Source: an uncultured delta proteobacterium | GTDB taxonomy: Bacteria > Myxococcota_A > Polyangia > Fen-1088 | NCBI GenBank assembly: GCA_963737265.1 | Contig: CAVTRY010000023.1 | Location: 224,001-288,000, forward strand | Direction of reading: 5' to 3' | Length of the DNA stretch: 64,000 bases | Shown: positions 1-10,540 of the stretch, piece by piece | Position numbering within the stretch: position 1 is the stretch's first letter | Layout of the letters: each line of letters begins with the position of its first letter | Translations under genes and position numbers: made by a program | Notes under the pieces: model-generated | Seen by the model: the letters and a program-made list of their open reading frames with translations, nothing else | The model's database searches: none | Told to the model about the DNA's origin: nothing

Positions 1-1399
1 TGGTCATCTCGGGTTGCTTGGCTACTGTCTCTTGCCCGACCCGGTAAAGAACATTGCCGAGGTCGTAGTAGGCGTTCTCCTGCAAGTCGAGACGATCCGA
101 GTGCAGGGATCGATCGAGCGCGGCCCCGGCTTTCGCGAAGTCGCCGCTTTTGTAGGCGGCGACGCCGAGGTTGTATTGCAGCTTCACGTCCTCGGGCGAA
201 CGAGCCAGCGCGCGGCCATATTCTTCCGCCGATTGCTTGAACTTGCCTTCGTGATACGCCCGCTCGGCATCGCGAGTAGACGCCTGCGCCGCGTGCGCCG
301 CCGTCAATGACAATCCCACCACCAGCGGGACAACCACTCTGCGCCGCAGCGACGCGAACTTCGGCCAGCGCTTCTCCGGCTCCGCCTCGACCCGCCTGCG
401 CTGGCGCCGCTCGCCCAAAAGTGGTTCAAGCGCCAAGCAGAGAATCGAGAATCCGAGCGGCCACTGAAAGCGTTCGATGGGGATCTGGTGCATGCGCGAC
501 TTGAGATCTCCGCGCGGCAGCTTCGCCAGTACATCCTGGTACAGGGCCTCGAGTCCCCGTCCGTCCGCGCCCAGCCTCCGGTAGTCGCCACCGGTCACGC
601 GCGCGATGGCTTGCAAGGTGTTCTCGTCAAGCTCGGAGCGCACGAAGGCGCCCTTCTCGTCGCGAACGAACTGGCCGGGCTCACCCAGGGGAATCAGCTC
701 GCCACTTTGTGTTCCGACCCCAACGGTGTAGATGTGAATTCCATCGCCCGAGGCCGCGCGCGCCGCATCGACAGCGTGGCTTTCCAGGTCCTCGCCATCG
801 GTGAGAAAGACCAGGAGCTTGTGGTTCGCGGGCTGATTGTGTAACGCCGTACGTGCCACCTCGATGGCCCGGCCCACGTCGGTACCGCCTCGTGGAATGG
901 TCGACGTATCGATGGCATCAAGGGTCTGCTCGAATACGCCCCGGTCAAGGGTGAGCGGGCACTGCAAGAACGCATCCCCAGCGAAGGCCACCAAGCCCAC
1001 GCGGTCGCCCTCGAACTTCGACAGCAGATCGCGAATGGCCAGCTTGGCCCGGGTCAGCCGATCCGGCTTGAGATCTGGCGCCAGCATGCTCTTCGAGGTA
1101 TCGAGCGCAAAGAGCAAATCGAGCCCACGCCGGTGGGCCTCTTCCCAGCGCACGCCCCATTGCGGTCGCGCCAGGGCCATGCAGCCGAACAAGGCACCGG
1201 TGACCAGGAGGGCTCTCTTGAATCCTCGCCGTATGCGCGACAGGGTCGAGGTCGGCCCTTTGCGGCGCGAGCTGAACGCGGCAAGCGCGAGCTTGCGCTT
1301 GCGGTCGAGCCGCGCGCCGAGAACGAGGACGACCGTGGCGAGAACAAGTCCGCCAAGCAGCCAGATGGGATGGACCAAGGTGATGGAGTGGATGGTCAT
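1..1399 (-). CDS. BatB-like VWA-domain membrane protein with C-terminal TPR region (runs off window start)
   Basis: Manual translation from ATG 1399, which overlaps the upstream stop: MTIHSITLVHPIWLLGG...ALARPQWG...DLLFALDTSKSMLAPDLKPDRL...LTDGED (MIDAS motif); TPR-like ENAYYDLGNVLYRVG near position 1. Absent from the ORF track because no stop lies in the window. Confidence 0.85.
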   Translation of the reverse strand, partial: MTIHSITLVHPIWLLGGLVLATVVLVLGARLDRKRKLALAAFSSRRKGPTSTLSRIRRGFKRALLVTGALFGCMALARPQWGVRWEEAHRRGLDLLFALDTSKSMLAPDLKPDRLTRAKLAIRDLLSKFEGDRVGLVAFAGDAFLQCPLTLDRGVFEQTLDAIDTSTIPRGGTDVGRAIEVARTALHNQPANHKLLVFLTDGEDLESHAVDAARAASGDGIHIYTVGVGTQSGELIPLGEPGQFVRDEKGAFVRSELDENTLQAIARVTGGDYRRLGADGRGLEALYQDVLAKLPRGDLKSRMHQIPIERFQWPLGFSILCLALEPLLGERRQRRRVEAEPEKRWPKFASLRRRVVVPLVVGLSLTAAHAAQASTRDAERAYHEGKFKQSAEEYGRALARSPEDVKLQYNLGVAAYKSGDFAKAGAALDRSLHSDRLDLQENAYYDLGNVLYRVGQETVAKQPEMT

Positions 1400-2394
1400 G
1401 GGATCCTCTTGAAACGCGTGAGTCCGAGACCTATTTCGCCCGCCAAGAGCAGCATTCCGGGGAACACCATCCAGGCGAACCGCTCGTCGTGATGCTCGTA
1501 CTTCTTCAAGGTTCTGGTGGTCTTTTCCAGGCCGTCGATGGCGCCATAGACACGTTCGAGCGAACCAGCGTCGGTGGCGCGATAGAAGCGTCCGCCCGTG
1601 GTGTCGGCGATGTTCTTGAGTAAGCCTTCATCCACGTCGACTTTGGTCATGACGATATGCGTATTGCCGTGACTATCGGTGATGGGCATGGGCGCCTCGC
1701 CCTTGGAGCCGACCCCGATGGTGTAGACCTTGACACCGAGGGCCTGCGCCGCCTGCGCGGCCAGAGCCGGGTCGATCTTGCCGGCGTTGTTCTGCCCGTC
1801 GGTGAGCAGAACCACCAGCTTGGATTTCGACTTCTGGTCGCGCAGGCGATTGACGCTCGCGGAAAGCGCCGAGCCGATCGCGGTGCCGTCCTTGATCATG
1901 CCCGGTTGCAGGCGGTCGAGATTCTGCAGCAGCCAATCGTGGTCGAGCGTCAGCGGACTCATGAGATAGGGCTCGGCCGAGAACGCCACCAGGCCAATGC
2001 GATCGTTGGGGCGATTCTTGATGAACTCTCCGACCACGGACTTCACCACATCAAGCCGACTGCGCGGCTGCCCCCCCTCGGTCAAATCAAGGGCTTGCAT
2101 CGAACCGGATATATCGACCGCGAGCACCAGATCCACGCCGCTGGCTTGCACCTCGGTCGAGGCGTGCCCGAGCTGGGGACGGGCGAGACCCACGATAAGA
2201 AGTGCCAATCCCACCCAGCGTGCGATCTTCAGAAAGCGGCCCCAGCGGCTGCGCGGGGCGCGTGCAACCTCGCGCGCGGTCTCGATGCTCGAATAGGTGA
2301 CGGCTGGCCTGGCCCCTTTTCGCCCCAGCCACAGCGCGAGCAACGGCAAGAGCGCAAGCGCCCATAGGATCTGTGGATTCAAGAAAAGGTTCAT
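1396..2394 (-). CDS. BatA-like VWA-domain protein
   Basis: N-terminal TM, LARPQ, DISGSM MIDAS, GTAIG, LLTDGQNN, C-terminal TM. Confidence 0.9.
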   Translation of the reverse strand: MNLFLNPQILWALALLPLLALWLGRKGARPAVTYSSIETAREVARAPRSRWGRFLKIARWVGLALLIVGLARPQLGHASTEVQASGVDLVLAVDISGSMQALDLTEGGQPRSRLDVVKSVVGEFIKNRPNDRIGLVAFSAEPYLMSPLTLDHDWLLQNLDRLQPGMIKDGTAIGSALSASVNRLRDQKSKSKLVVLLTDGQNNAGKIDPALAAQAAQALGVKVYTIGVGSKGEAPMPITDSHGNTHIVMTKVDVDEGLLKNIADTTGGRFYRATDAGSLERVYGAIDGLEKTTRTLKKYEHHDERFAWMVFPGMLLLAGEIGLGLTRFKRIP

Positions 2395-3041
2395 GACGCC
2401 CTCACGGGTTCGGGTTTGCTTTCGGGTGCGCTCTGCGCGGTATCGAGCACGAATCGGCGGGCCAGATCGTTGAGCGACACCATTTGCTCCCGGGGCAACG
2501 GCATTCGGGCGAACTTCGCCAGGTCGCAGGCCCCGAGGAATTTTTGCAAGGAATCTCGGTGATCGCCGAGTCGTGCGTTCGCCTGGGCTAGGATGCCCTC
2601 AAAGAATTCCTCGGTCGTCGAATGGGCGGCCCGCAGCAGGAAGCGCTCTTCGATGTACTCGCGGACGGCGTCGGAGGCTGCCCCGGCGTACTCGCGCACT
2701 TGCCCGGCCACCGCCAGCGGCTGCGCCTGCTCAAGACGCAACAGCGCTCGCTCGTGCGGCTTGAGCGGTTTCGCTCGTCGTCGCCGTATCACCACGGCGG
2801 CCACTCCACCCAAACCAGCCAGCACTACCGCGCCTCCCCCGAACGCCAACCAGCGCCACCACGGAGGGATCGGCACCGGCCCGCGAACGTCCCGAATGTC
2901 TTCCGTGGCGGGCGAAGGTGCTGGCCCTGCCGCCGACATCGTTGCAGGCACCGGCGGCACCAGCGCGGTCGACGCCCACAGCGGCGTGGACGACAGAAGA
3001 CCACCAAGGAGCAAGGTCAACAGTGAACCGCGAGATTTCAT
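2391..3041 (-). CDS. Single-TM Bat-operon protein (DUF4381-like)
   Basis: True start MKSRGS at 3041 overlaps the DUF58 stop; DIRDVRGP-TM segment, TTEEF and DLAKFA motifs. Confidence 0.75.
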   Translation of the reverse strand: MKSRGSLLTLLLGGLLSSTPLWASTALVPPVPATMSAAGPAPSPATEDIRDVRGPVPIPPWWRWLAFGGGAVVLAGLGGVAAVVIRRRRAKPLKPHERALLRLEQAQPLAVAGQVREYAGAASDAVREYIEERFLLRAAHSTTEEFFEGILAQANARLGDHRDSLQKFLGACDLAKFARMPLPREQMVSLNDLARRFVLDTAQSAPESKPEPVRAS

Positions 3042-3946
3042 CGCCGCCTCCCTCGTCGCGAGCGGAAAAGTGCGATCAACACGGGAAGAAAGGGCAGCGA
3101 GGTGTCGACTTCGACGCTGTCGACGGATTCGACGCGCAGCGCTCGTTCGAGCCGTTGATCTCTTTCCCGGGCACGCTCGGCAAAGCGCTCGCGCACGTCC
3201 TTCGATCCAGTATCTATCTCGATCATTTCGCCGGTCTCGGCGTCCTCCACTGTGAGTAGACCGACCTCGAGAAGATTGCGTTCGCGTGGATCGTTCACGT
3301 GCAAGGCCACGAGGTCGTGTCGGCGCCTGACCATGCGCAACGAACGCCGCAGCGCCGACAGTGCCTTGCTTGGATCGCCACCACTTTGGAGATCCGAGAG
3401 AATGCACACCATGGCGCGCCTTCGGGTCACGGCATTGATGAAATCGAGGGCGTGGGCCACGTCCGTGCCTCGCCGTTTGGGCTGGCAGCTCAGGACTTCA
3501 CGTACGATGCGCAGAACGTGCTGACGGCCTTTGCGCGGCGGAACGAAGGTTTCGATCTGATCGGAGAACAAAACCAGCCCCACCTTGTCGTTATTGCGAA
3601 CCGCTGACAGCGCCAGCACGCACGCGATCTCCGCTTCGATCTCGCGCTTGGTGTGCTGGGACGAACCGAAGTCCCCCGAGGCGCTCACGTCGACCGCGAG
3701 CAGAATGGTCAGCTCGCGCTCTTCGCGGTACTTCTTGACGAACGGGCGACCGGCTCGCGCGGTGACGTTCCAGTCGATGGTGCGCACCTCGTCGCCGGGC
3801 ACGTATTCGCGGACTTCCTCGAAGTCCATGCCACGGCCGCGAAACATCGAGTGGAATTGTCCGGCAAGGGCGTCGGTGGCGAGCCGACGCGTGCGAATAT
3901 CGATGAGCCGGACTTGTTTCAGAAGATCTTTGATATTCGTATCCAT
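3038..3946 (-). CDS. DUF58 domain protein
   Basis: GRGMDFEEVREYVPGDEVRTIDWNVTAR, DVSASG. Confidence 0.92.
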   Translation of the reverse strand: MDTNIKDLLKQVRLIDIRTRRLATDALAGQFHSMFRGRGMDFEEVREYVPGDEVRTIDWNVTARAGRPFVKKYREERELTILLAVDVSASGDFGSSQHTKREIEAEIACVLALSAVRNNDKVGLVLFSDQIETFVPPRKGRQHVLRIVREVLSCQPKRRGTDVAHALDFINAVTRRRAMVCILSDLQSGGDPSKALSALRRSLRMVRRRHDLVALHVNDPRERNLLEVGLLTVEDAETGEMIEIDTGSKDVRERFAERARERDQRLERALRVESVDSVEVDTSLPFLPVLIALFRSRRGRRR

Positions 3947-3956
3947 GGTCGTCCCT

Positions 3957-5033
3957 TTACGGGTTCGGTAACGCGGCGAGAATCTTGGCCACTAGATCGT
4001 CGGCTTGGATGTTCTCTGCTTCTGCTTCGTAGGTCAGACCGAGCCGGTGTCGCAATACATCCGGGGCTAGGGTTTTGACGTCGGATGGAATGACGTAGCC
4101 ACGGCCATGCATAAAGGCCCAGGCACGCGAAGCCAGGGTCAGGGCGATGGTGGCGCGCGGGGATGCGCCGAACAGGAAGTAATCGGCGAGCGGCAAATTG
4201 TAACTGGCCGGAGCCCGCGTCGCGGTGACGATGTCCACGATGTAGTCGCGAATCTTGTCGTCGACGTAGATATGGTTGACCACGCCGCGCGCATGCGCGA
4301 GCTGGGGCAGCGAGACGATCGGATCGACATCCAGCTTGGGCTCGCTGGTCGCCATGGCATCCAGGATCGCGCGCTCTTCCGACTTGGAGGGATAGTTGAT
4401 GACGAGCTTGAGCAGAAAGCGGTCGACCTGCGCCTCGGGCAAGGGATAGGTGCCTTCCTGCTCGATAGGGTTTTGCGTCGCCATCACCAGGAACGGATCG
4501 GGCAGGCGATAGGTCTCCTCGCCTAGCGTAACTTGGTGCTCTTGCATGGCCTCGAGCAGGGCCGATTGCACCTTGGCCGGCGCGCGGTTGATCTCGTCTG
4601 CCAGCACTAAGTTGGAAAAGATCGGACCGTGCTTGGCTTGGAAGCTGCCTTGAGTCGGGTTGTAGATCATGGTGCCGACCACGTCGGCGGGCAGCATGTC
4701 GGGCGTGAATTGCAGCCGGCGAAACTTCGCGCCCTTGAGCGTCTGGGCCAAGGTCTTCAGCGCCAGGGTTTTGGCTAACCCCGGCACGCCTTCCAGCAAT
4801 AGATGACCGCTGGTCAAAAGGCCAACGATCAGGCGGTCAACCAAGTAGCGTTGCCCGACGATGACACGGGCCATTTCCGTTTGCAGGGGGGAAACCCACC
4901 CCGCCGAGTCCAGCACTTCCTTCTGGATTTGTTGCACGTCACCGTGCCATCCACTTCGGCCGTGGTTGGCATCGAACGCATTGGTGTTGACCGGGCTGGC
5001 GCTGATCGGGGCGGCATTGACTGAAGCTTCCAT
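3957..5033 (-). CDS. MoxR-family AAA+ ATPase
   Basis: LLEGVPGLAKT, RLQFTPDMLPAD, LADEINRAPAKVQSALLEAM, ATQNPIEQEGTYPLPEAQVDRF; start at 5033 follows an AAGGAG RBS. Confidence 0.93.
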   Translation of the reverse strand: MEASVNAAPISASPVNTNAFDANHGRSGWHGDVQQIQKEVLDSAGWVSPLQTEMARVIVGQRYLVDRLIVGLLTSGHLLLEGVPGLAKTLALKTLAQTLKGAKFRRLQFTPDMLPADVVGTMIYNPTQGSFQAKHGPIFSNLVLADEINRAPAKVQSALLEAMQEHQVTLGEETYRLPDPFLVMATQNPIEQEGTYPLPEAQVDRFLLKLVINYPSKSEERAILDAMATSEPKLDVDPIVSLPQLAHARGVVNHIYVDDKIRDYIVDIVTATRAPASYNLPLADYFLFGASPRATIALTLASRAWAFMHGRGYVIPSDVKTLAPDVLRHRLGLTYEAEAENIQADDLVAKILAALPNP

Positions 5034-5259
5034 GTCTTCTTCTCCTTGTTGGTCTGACTGTCGAAAAGAAGTATGGGGTTTCAACCCATGCCGAAATCTT
5101 GCAGGACCATTACAGCGGTGAAGGGTTCGCGGGCGATCGGTTGGTCTCAGATCGCGCGTCAGGCGCGGCTCAGGCGGGTCGGAAGCGCCTTGCAGTCGCC
5201 CCACCCCTTCTACGGTTGCTTTTCGATCGCGTTCTTCACGCCAGCAGCCGTCGTGCTGA

Positions 5260-5675
5260 CTGGGGCTCCTCTCGACATCGCGCCGCTGTCGCGTCCGGCG
5301 AAGGAGTAGACTAATCGCGCGCACCATCAAGGTTACCCCCGACCAGGCCATCACAATCGCTAGCGGTACAGCGACTACCCTCGGCCAAAGAACCGCGATG
5401 GTAGCTCCCGCAAGGAGGATGCCGGCGAAGATTGCCATCAGACTGCTTTGAACAAATCCGACTGACCGCTGCCGACTGACCACGCTCCCCACGGCGTGGG
5501 CAAACCGGACGGCGCCGATGGCTCGCCCCGATGCTCCACGGGACGCAGCCTTGGCCCGCTCTCCACGAAGAGGTGCGCTGGCTTCAGGAACCACGCGACG
5601 ATTGAGACCGATCACGCTCTCGGTGGCGTTCTCCAGGTCCGCGAGAAACATCTCCTCCATTTCACGAGCCAGGCC
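5260..5675 (-). pseudogene. C-terminal fragment of a cardiolipin synthase/PLD-family protein
   Basis: MEEMFLADLENATE...RAIGAVRFAHAVG...LWPRVVAVPLA resembles a ClsB-type C-terminal tail; no HKD motifs remain. Confidence 0.55.
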
Positions 5676-5770
5676 AATGGCTCCATTGTTCGCCGCTCAC
5701 GGCTCGGTGGCCTCCTGAATTACTACCACCGTGAAGCCGCCTGAGCCTCGGCGATGACTTTCCGGACACC
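5670..5770 (+). mobile_element. 3' remnant of an integrase-core (rve) transposase and probable IS end
   Basis: GSIVRRSRLGGLLNYYHREAA* is a typical C-terminal tail of rve transposases. Confidence 0.55.
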
Positions 5771-5836
5771 AAGGGGTCTGCCTCGCGAAATGCATCACGA
5801 CGGCGGATTGCCCAGGCTGGCTCGATAGCTGAGCAG

Positions 5837-7858
5837 TTACAGTACCGAAATACTGATTGTACCGGTGTGGGTACCGGCTTTGATGTCTGTCTTTGTCCCG
5901 TTGACGGTCATGACCAGCGTCTTGCCGGTGGGAGCCGCAAGCGTCGCGCCGTCTTCAATCGTCAGGCTCGACAGAGACGACGTGGCGGCAACGGTCCAAG
6001 CGGAGCCGCTCTTAAGCGAAACGGAGAGGTTGTTCGTACCGCTCCAGCTTGAATTCGGGAGCCAGTTTGCCTTGGTGACGCCCTTTGAAGCCCACAGCGC
6101 CATCCAGCTGTCGTACGTCCCCTGAACGACGGCGCCCGTCAGCGTTGTCTTGTCCAGCGTGATCGCCATGTCGCGCTGATAGTCATCGTGCAGGATGTTG
6201 CCCGTAACATTCATGTCTGCCATGATAACAGTAATAGGTTTGACGCTGGCATTGTCCCCAGCCTTGAGGTAGTTGCCCATGCTGTCGCTGTTGAGAGCGG
6301 AGTGGACCAAAACGCCATTATAGGCGTCCATCTTCGTGTTCGTCAGGGTGATATTCGAGCTGGTGCTCTTGGTCAAGACAACGTCGCCGCTGACAAGATC
6401 GACATACGCCTGAGTGGCGGTGCTGTATGTTGAGTAATCAAAAGTGCTCCTATAGGCCGCCGAGGTGGAAAGCGTGCTGTTCGTGACAGTGATCGTACTG
6501 CACTGCGCCGCACTCTTCCCGCTGCCCATCATATCGGGAGCGTGGGTCATAATGGCGTTGCGCCCACCGGTGATCACAGAGCCTGCAGTTGTTGTCCCGC
6601 CGATGTTGTATTTTGTGACGTCGGCCGGGGCAGACGCGCCATCAGCTATTGTGATTTGGCCATTTGTAGAAATAATTGCGCCGATTTCGGCGGAAAGTAG
6701 GATGCTGCCGTAGAACCAGTCGCGGCAGCTGGTGTCTGCATACGTGCCGTAGCCGCCGTTGAGGGCCTTGTCCGTAGTGTTGTACGCATACAGATCAAGC
6801 CCGTCGCCGGAAGCCGAGTCGGTCGACAGACCTGCCCAGCCTTCGTTGATAACAGTGGAGTTGAAGTAATATGTCTTCGACGCTCCGATGGAGAAATTCG
6901 TCCGTGCCGAGCCGGAAATCAGAAGCGGCTCGTTGGAGAACGGGAGCGAAATGGCGCTCGTGTGGCCGTCCGCGGCGCCGGTCGTCACAAAGTAGGAATC
7001 ATTGACGATCAGCGTGCCGCCGAGGTTGCTGACGGCATAGCGCTGTGAGCCGTCGACCTGAATGTACGCGTTTTTGACATTGAGCGTGGAACCGGAGTCA
7101 ACACTGGCGCCGGTTGAGCCCGTCGATGCCGAGGAATCCACGTCGCTGTCGAGAGAAAAGAGGATAACGCTGTCGAAGGTGCCGACGAGGCTGCTGCCGG
7201 CAATTTGCGTGATGCTTGTGCCGACGTAGCTTTTGGAGGGGTCAGCGTATGTGCTGTATGTCTTAGAGTCGCCGCCGAGGGTATACGTGCTGTCTCCTGT
7301 GACGACGAGACCGCTCGCATTGTAGAAGTTAGAGGTCATCAGAAGGCCGGAGGTGGAAGTGCCGGTGATCTTGGCGCGGCTGGCAATGGCGACGGTGCCG
7401 TCCGCGTATGATTTGGAGGAATCCTCCGCGCCGCCTTTGATATAGATGGCCGACTGTGCAGTTGTTGTGCCTGCGCCGCCGCCGCCTGTGTCGCTCATGT
7501 TGGGAGGCATGCCACCGCCGTCGCCCATGTTGGGAGGCGTGCCACCACCATCGAGTCCGATAGGCAGGGATCCACCGTCGGCCGGCGTCGGAGGCAGCGC
7601 GGCGTCGGAGTTGCCTGCGTCTAAACCGGCGGCTCCGCCAGCCGTAGTCGCTCCGCCGGTGCCCAGGCTGCCGCCGCTACCTTTCGGGCCGTCGGCGCCC
7701 TGCGACGACCCCGCGGCGCCGCCTGAGCTCTGGCTGCCGCCAGTCCCGTCACTGCCGCCCGGTCCCTTCACACCGGTGGCATCCGACGAGCAAGCGCCGA
7801 GTGCCATCGCCACGAGTAGTAGAGCAGTGGTCGTGGCCGGTCGTAAGTTTCTCTTCAT
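5837..7858 (-). CDS. Lipoprotein with Gly-rich linker and Thr/Ser/Gly-rich beta-helix (autotransporter-passenger-like) body
   Basis: RBS GGAGGAG before MKRNLRPATTTALLLVAMALGA-C (lipobox); GGGxPPNM repeats; C-terminal WTVAATSSLSSLTI motif. Confidence 0.75.
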   Translation of the reverse strand: MKRNLRPATTTALLLVAMALGACSSDATGVKGPGGSDGTGGSQSSGGAAGSSQGADGPKGSGGSLGTGGATTAGGAAGLDAGNSDAALPPTPADGGSLPIGLDGGGTPPNMGDGGGMPPNMSDTGGGGAGTTTAQSAIYIKGGAEDSSKSYADGTVAIASRAKITGTSTSGLLMTSNFYNASGLVVTGDSTYTLGGDSKTYSTYADPSKSYVGTSITQIAGSSLVGTFDSVILFSLDSDVDSSASTGSTGASVDSGSTLNVKNAYIQVDGSQRYAVSNLGGTLIVNDSYFVTTGAADGHTSAISLPFSNEPLLISGSARTNFSIGASKTYYFNSTVINEGWAGLSTDSASGDGLDLYAYNTTDKALNGGYGTYADTSCRDWFYGSILLSAEIGAIISTNGQITIADGASAPADVTKYNIGGTTTAGSVITGGRNAIMTHAPDMMGSGKSAAQCSTITVTNSTLSTSAAYRSTFDYSTYSTATQAYVDLVSGDVVLTKSTSSNITLTNTKMDAYNGVLVHSALNSDSMGNYLKAGDNASVKPITVIMADMNVTGNILHDDYQRDMAITLDKTTLTGAVVQGTYDSWMALWASKGVTKANWLPNSSWSGTNNLSVSLKSGSAWTVAATSSLSSLTIEDGATLAAPTGKTLVMTVNGTKTDIKAGTHTGTISISVL

Positions 7859-8884
7859 TCGTCTCCTCCGAAGTGTTTTGTCAGCCGGGCGCAGACTGGA
7901 ATGCGCGAGTCTTCCCTTAGCGACACCAGCGAGACGCAACCGATTGCAGGTCCTCCGTGAGAAGAGCCTGCACCGACACATCGTCCGCGATCTTAGTACA
8001 GCGCCCCGCAAGTTCGCGCCCCGCTAGGCGCGGGGGCGCCCGCCGGGCAAGGCGCGACGAGGGCGCATGGTGAACCATGTAACCGAGGAGCAACGCAGCC
8101 CGGCGGGATGGATCCGCGACGAGATGGGCACGAAATTGTGGGAACCTGTACTTAGCGACACAGATGGGCCGAAGACCGAGACTTGGTCAGCACCGCCGCC
8201 TACGCGCAACTGTTCACGTGTTGGTCAAGAAAGGCTTTGGGAGGTCGCAGGCTGCGTCGAACCCTCGATCCGAGCCAAGAGCGCGCTGAAGTCTCCGCCG
8301 TTATCGATAGCGCGAAAGAGGCGGTCGCGCACCCCGCGATCGGACCAACCGGCGTTGAGCATTGGAACGACGGCCAGGCCATCTACTACCTGGAGAATGT
8401 CACGAGTCAAATCGGTGACAGGCAAGCCCGGGTAAATGTCGCGTAGAAAGCTGTCAGCGCGTCGATGCCCGATGAGCGCCCGATAGGTCATGAAGAGCCA
8501 GCACACCTCCGGAAGGTGGCGGTCGACCGTCTCCCACAGGGATCGAGCTCGCGACGCCAAGATCATCGTGTTCTACAGAGCACCTTGGCGAAAGAGACCC
8601 ATGGCAGTTTCGGCGTCTGGCTTCTCCACGAGACGCTTCACGTGTTATGCGCGATCCGATGCGGCGCCGAGCCTGTCGCGCCAGCGCCACCGCCACGCAA
8701 AGGCTTTGTAGCAGCACCAGCCCAGCCATGCCCGAGATGCGGTGGACGAGGGTCAGCACCACCTCGGCCAACCATTCGTGATTCAGCCAGGGCTGCCGCG
8801 ACGTGTACGAAAACGGTGAAGTGGACCCCAAAAATGGGACCAGGAGCTAAGGTGTAGTCCGCCTCAACAACGAGGCAGGACACG

Positions 8885-9178
8885 ATGAAAACGAACCGCC
8901 AAAAGCACACAGCACTCTTCAAGGCGCAGGTAGCTCTCGAAGCCATGCGGGAGCAGGCAACGGTTGTGGAGATCGGGCGCCGATACAAGATCAACCCGAA
9001 CCTGGTTCACAAGTGGAAGAAGGAAGCCGTCACACGGCTGGCCATGGTTTTCGAACCAGGCCATGCAAATGCAGAGGAATCGGCGAACGCCGAACGCGAA
9101 TCGGAATTGCTGCGCAAGGTGGGGCAGCTGACGCTGGAGAATGATTTTTTAGCACGCGGGCTCGCGCGCATTCGCTGA
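8885..9178 (+). CDS. IS3 transposase OrfA (HTH)
   Basis: FKAQVALEA...WKK...VGQLTLENDFL; T-run at ~9145 is a candidate -1 frameshift site. Confidence 0.9.
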   Translation: MKTNRQKHTALFKAQVALEAMREQATVVEIGRRYKINPNLVHKWKKEAVTRLAMVFEPGHANAEESANAERESELLRKVGQLTLENDFLARGLARIR

Positions 9179-9192
9179 CGGAGAAGCGCGCC

Positions 9193-10029
9193 ATGATCGA
9201 GCCCCACAACGACCTATCTGTCCGTCGGCAGTGCGAGCTGCTGAATCTTGCGAGATCGGGCATCTACTGGGAGCCGATGCCGATGGCAGAGGAAGATCTG
9301 GCCATCTGCAAGGAGCTGGACAAGCTGCATCTCGAATTGCCAGCATTCGGCAGCCGGAAGCTGTCACGGTTGCTAAAGGCACAGGGGCAGACGGTGAATC
9401 GCAAACGGGTGCAGAGACTGATGCGAATCATGGGCATCGAAGCGCTGGCGCCCAAACCACGGACGACCGTGCCCGCGCCGGAACATACGAAATTCCCGTA
9501 CTTGCTGCGCCATCTCGCGATCATTCGGCCCAATCAGGTGTGGGCCTCGGATATCACGTACATCCCGACGAGACAGGGGCATTGCTACCTGGTCGCCGTG
9601 ATGGATTGGTACACGCGCCGGGTTCTGTCCTGGCGCATTTCAAACACGATGGACAGCCGTTTTTGCATCGAGGTCGTGGAAGAAGCTCTTGCGAACTTCG
9701 GCTTGCCGGAGATCTTCAACACCGACCAGGGGTCGCAGTTTACCGACGACAACTTCACATCGGTTTTGCTGGACAAGGGCGTAAAGGTCAGCATGGACGG
9801 TCGCGGCCGATTCATGGACAACATCTTCGTCGAGCGTCTATGGCGGTCTGTCAAATGCGAGGAGGTCTACTTGAACGACTACCGAGACGTGGCCGACGCC
9901 CGCAGTGGCATCGCGATCTACCTGGACAAGTACAACCACAGGCGGCCTCACCAAACCCTTGGATTTCAGACACCCGTAGCGTTTTACGAATTCGAACTAA
10001 AGAAGTCGGCGATGAAAGAGGCCGCCTAA
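9193..10029 (+). CDS. IS3 transposase OrfB (DDE)
   Basis: WASDITYI, FNTDQGSQFT, DNIFVERLWRSVKCE. Confidence 0.95.
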   Translation: MIEPHNDLSVRRQCELLNLARSGIYWEPMPMAEEDLAICKELDKLHLELPAFGSRKLSRLLKAQGQTVNRKRVQRLMRIMGIEALAPKPRTTVPAPEHTKFPYLLRHLAIIRPNQVWASDITYIPTRQGHCYLVAVMDWYTRRVLSWRISNTMDSRFCIEVVEEALANFGLPEIFNTDQGSQFTDDNFTSVLLDKGVKVSMDGRGRFMDNIFVERLWRSVKCEEVYLNDYRDVADARSGIAIYLDKYNHRRPHQTLGFQTPVAFYEFELKKSAMKEAA

Positions 10030-10540
10030 ATCGCCGCTGCATCATGCTGATGGCACGCTGCCCACAACTGCAACGCGTTCACCTGCTTCTGTGGGGCCGT
10101 GCGCGCATTGCATCCGTGGACAGCAGCCATCAGCATGCCTCCGCTCTCAACAATTTCCTTGCCGGCGAGGCTCACCCGGATCTACAAACAAACCCACGCG
10201 GACTCTCTCTTAGCTCGGGCCATTTCTGGTCCTACCAAAGGGGTCCACTTCACGGATCGGTGGCGGGCAGCGCGTGCCGCGTCAGGATTTCTTGTCCCGC
10301 ACGCAGGTACCAGAATAGGTCGAAGGACACGGGGCGATGGGCCGCCAAGACGGCCATGGCCAACAGCAAGAGTGTCCAGCAAAGGGGGGCTGCTGGCTGC
10401 CCAAAGCCGGGCTTGGCGCGGACTTTGGCGACGAGTAAGTCGGACGACACGACCTTGGCAGAGTAGCGAAGATCCGCAAAACTACACGAGCAAAGGGAAA
10501 TTGCGCCGAAATTGGGTATGAATATCGGCGGGAGGTCCAC

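Larger units (their letters stand above)
8817..10252 (+). mobile_element. IS3-family insertion sequence
   Basis: IRs TGAAGTGGACCCC..GGACCAG at both ends; 3-bp target duplication CGG (8814-8816, 10253-10255). Confidence 0.95.
8660..10450 (-). pseudogene. Multi-TM (GT-C-like) membrane protein gene split by IS3 and 3'-truncated
   Basis: Removing the IS restores DLFWYLRAGQEILTRHALPATDP|FSYTSRQPWLNHEWLAEV; similarity to a membrane protein is lost near 8670. Confidence 0.7.

Noticed and set aside
3957-5660. 567-aa MoxR with a membrane N-terminal extension
   Set aside because: The extension is an in-frame remnant of another gene; MoxR has its own RBS and ATG at 5033.
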